NCBI GenBank assembly: GCA_017499595.2
Contig: CM039000.1
Coordinates: forward strand, 1,550,001 to 1,614,000
Direction: 5' to 3'
Source: Psilocybe cubensis
Lineage: Eukaryota
Length of the DNA stretch: 64,000 nt
The notes under the pieces are model-generated. The model saw only the letters and a list, made by a program, of their open reading frames with translations, was not told where the DNA came from and did not search any database. Below are positions 62,982-64,000 of this stretch, piece by piece. The number at the start of each line of letters is the position of its first letter. Position 1 is the stretch's first letter. Made by a program: the position numbers and the translations under genes.

Positions 62982-63710
62982 ATGGACGATTGGGATACCA
63001 AAGTTGTCATTGGCTCCAAGCGCAACGTCGCAAAGGTCACCAAGAAGGATTCCGACCTCAATGGTATGACGTGTGCCCAGTTCCTATTTGTCCTTATTCA
63101 TGCTGACATGTTTTTTGCTTTCTAGCCGTAAGGACCATTCAATGCTCTACACTCACCACCTATTCTCATTATTCTGGTTATAGGCTCGCAGGACAGGTTC
63201 GGTTGTCGCCACCGATAAAAAAATATCTGCTGGCGGAAACAAGGCCCACCAAGGTACTGTTATTGCACTATGCTTTTGTCTTCGCATCTTATCACTTGTT
63301 ATCGATATACAGGCACCGACCATCAGCGTATAGCCAAACTTGACAGAGAGAACGAAGTCGCCCCTCCAGCTAAAGTTGCACCCTCAGTTGGACGAGTGAG
63401 TGTGCATTTTGTTGGCAATTGATGACTTGCGAACTTGATGCAACTTTAGGCAATTCAAGACGCCCGCCTTGAGCTCAAGCTTTCGCAAAAGGACGTCGCT
63501 CAGAAAGTTAACGAGAAACCTTCAGTTATCCAGGATTACGAATCAAGTAAAGCTATTCCTAATCCTCAGATTCTTGGTAAACTTGAGCGGGTTCTCGGCG
63601 TCAAACTTCGGGGTTAGTGGTTCATGTTTTCTTGACTAGTGTTTATCGGTACTCATAACGCTCCAGGCTCCGACATTGGGAAAAAGCTGTCAGAGCTCAA
63701 GAAATCATAG
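62982..63710 (+). CDS. MBF1: Multiprotein bridging factor 1
   Basis: [26 protein letters not shown], and [44 protein letters not shown]. Confidence 0.96.
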
Positions 63711-64000
63711 ACAGCTTATTGTGCACTAACCTAGATGTCGGCTAGCACTTACACGTTATAATATGTACATTCGGTGGATTCTTAGAGCATCACGGAAATG
63801 ATTTCCTTTAGAGAATTTGCACATCCCCTCTTCGCTGCGTGAATAATATGGCATCGAACTTGAAAGCTGGTAAATAATGTATCGACGTCATTCTCCGAAG
63901 AACAAATACTAAACTACACATAAGTATCGCGTACCTGCGCGGAAGATAATAAGTACAGCGATCCAATGGTTGTAATGTTAATAATTAGATACATATTGGC

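Overview
Eukaryotic genomic DNA from an intron-rich fungus, most likely an Agaricomycete, judged from ~50-60 nt GT/GC-AG introns, a priB-like Zn2Cys6 factor, a Pls1-type tetraspanin and the Gypsy/Copia families present. The window has two sharply separated halves. (1) 1-~31.1 kb is a nest of degenerate transposons: two Ty3/Gypsy elements, two Ty1/Copia elements, two 1,489-bp copies of an internally deleted Tc1/mariner with 211-bp TIRs, a 214-bp fold-back CACTA-like MITE, nested long-inverted-repeat elements, a zinc-finger pseudogene and a short Helitron-like insert. Most carry C>T/G>A damage. (2) ~32.3-64 kb is a very compact block of 14 intron-rich genes: DDX41, MIC19, CEF1/CDC5, priB-like TF, WD40 protein, UMP-CMP kinase, DAG/sphingosine kinase-like, PhoD-like phosphatase, PEX6, PGM2-type mutase, GT8, DHX35, tetraspanin and MBF1. 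The most unusual observations are two divergent genes whose start codons overlap in one CATG (46485-46488), obligatory 2-nt and 4-nt micro-exons, a Gypsy 3' region or LTR carrying an extra ORF and a spliceosomal intron, Tc1 TIRs with inverted inner/outer motifs, and non-CpG RIP-like transitions between the two Tc1 copies. All calls were made by eye; no database searches were run.
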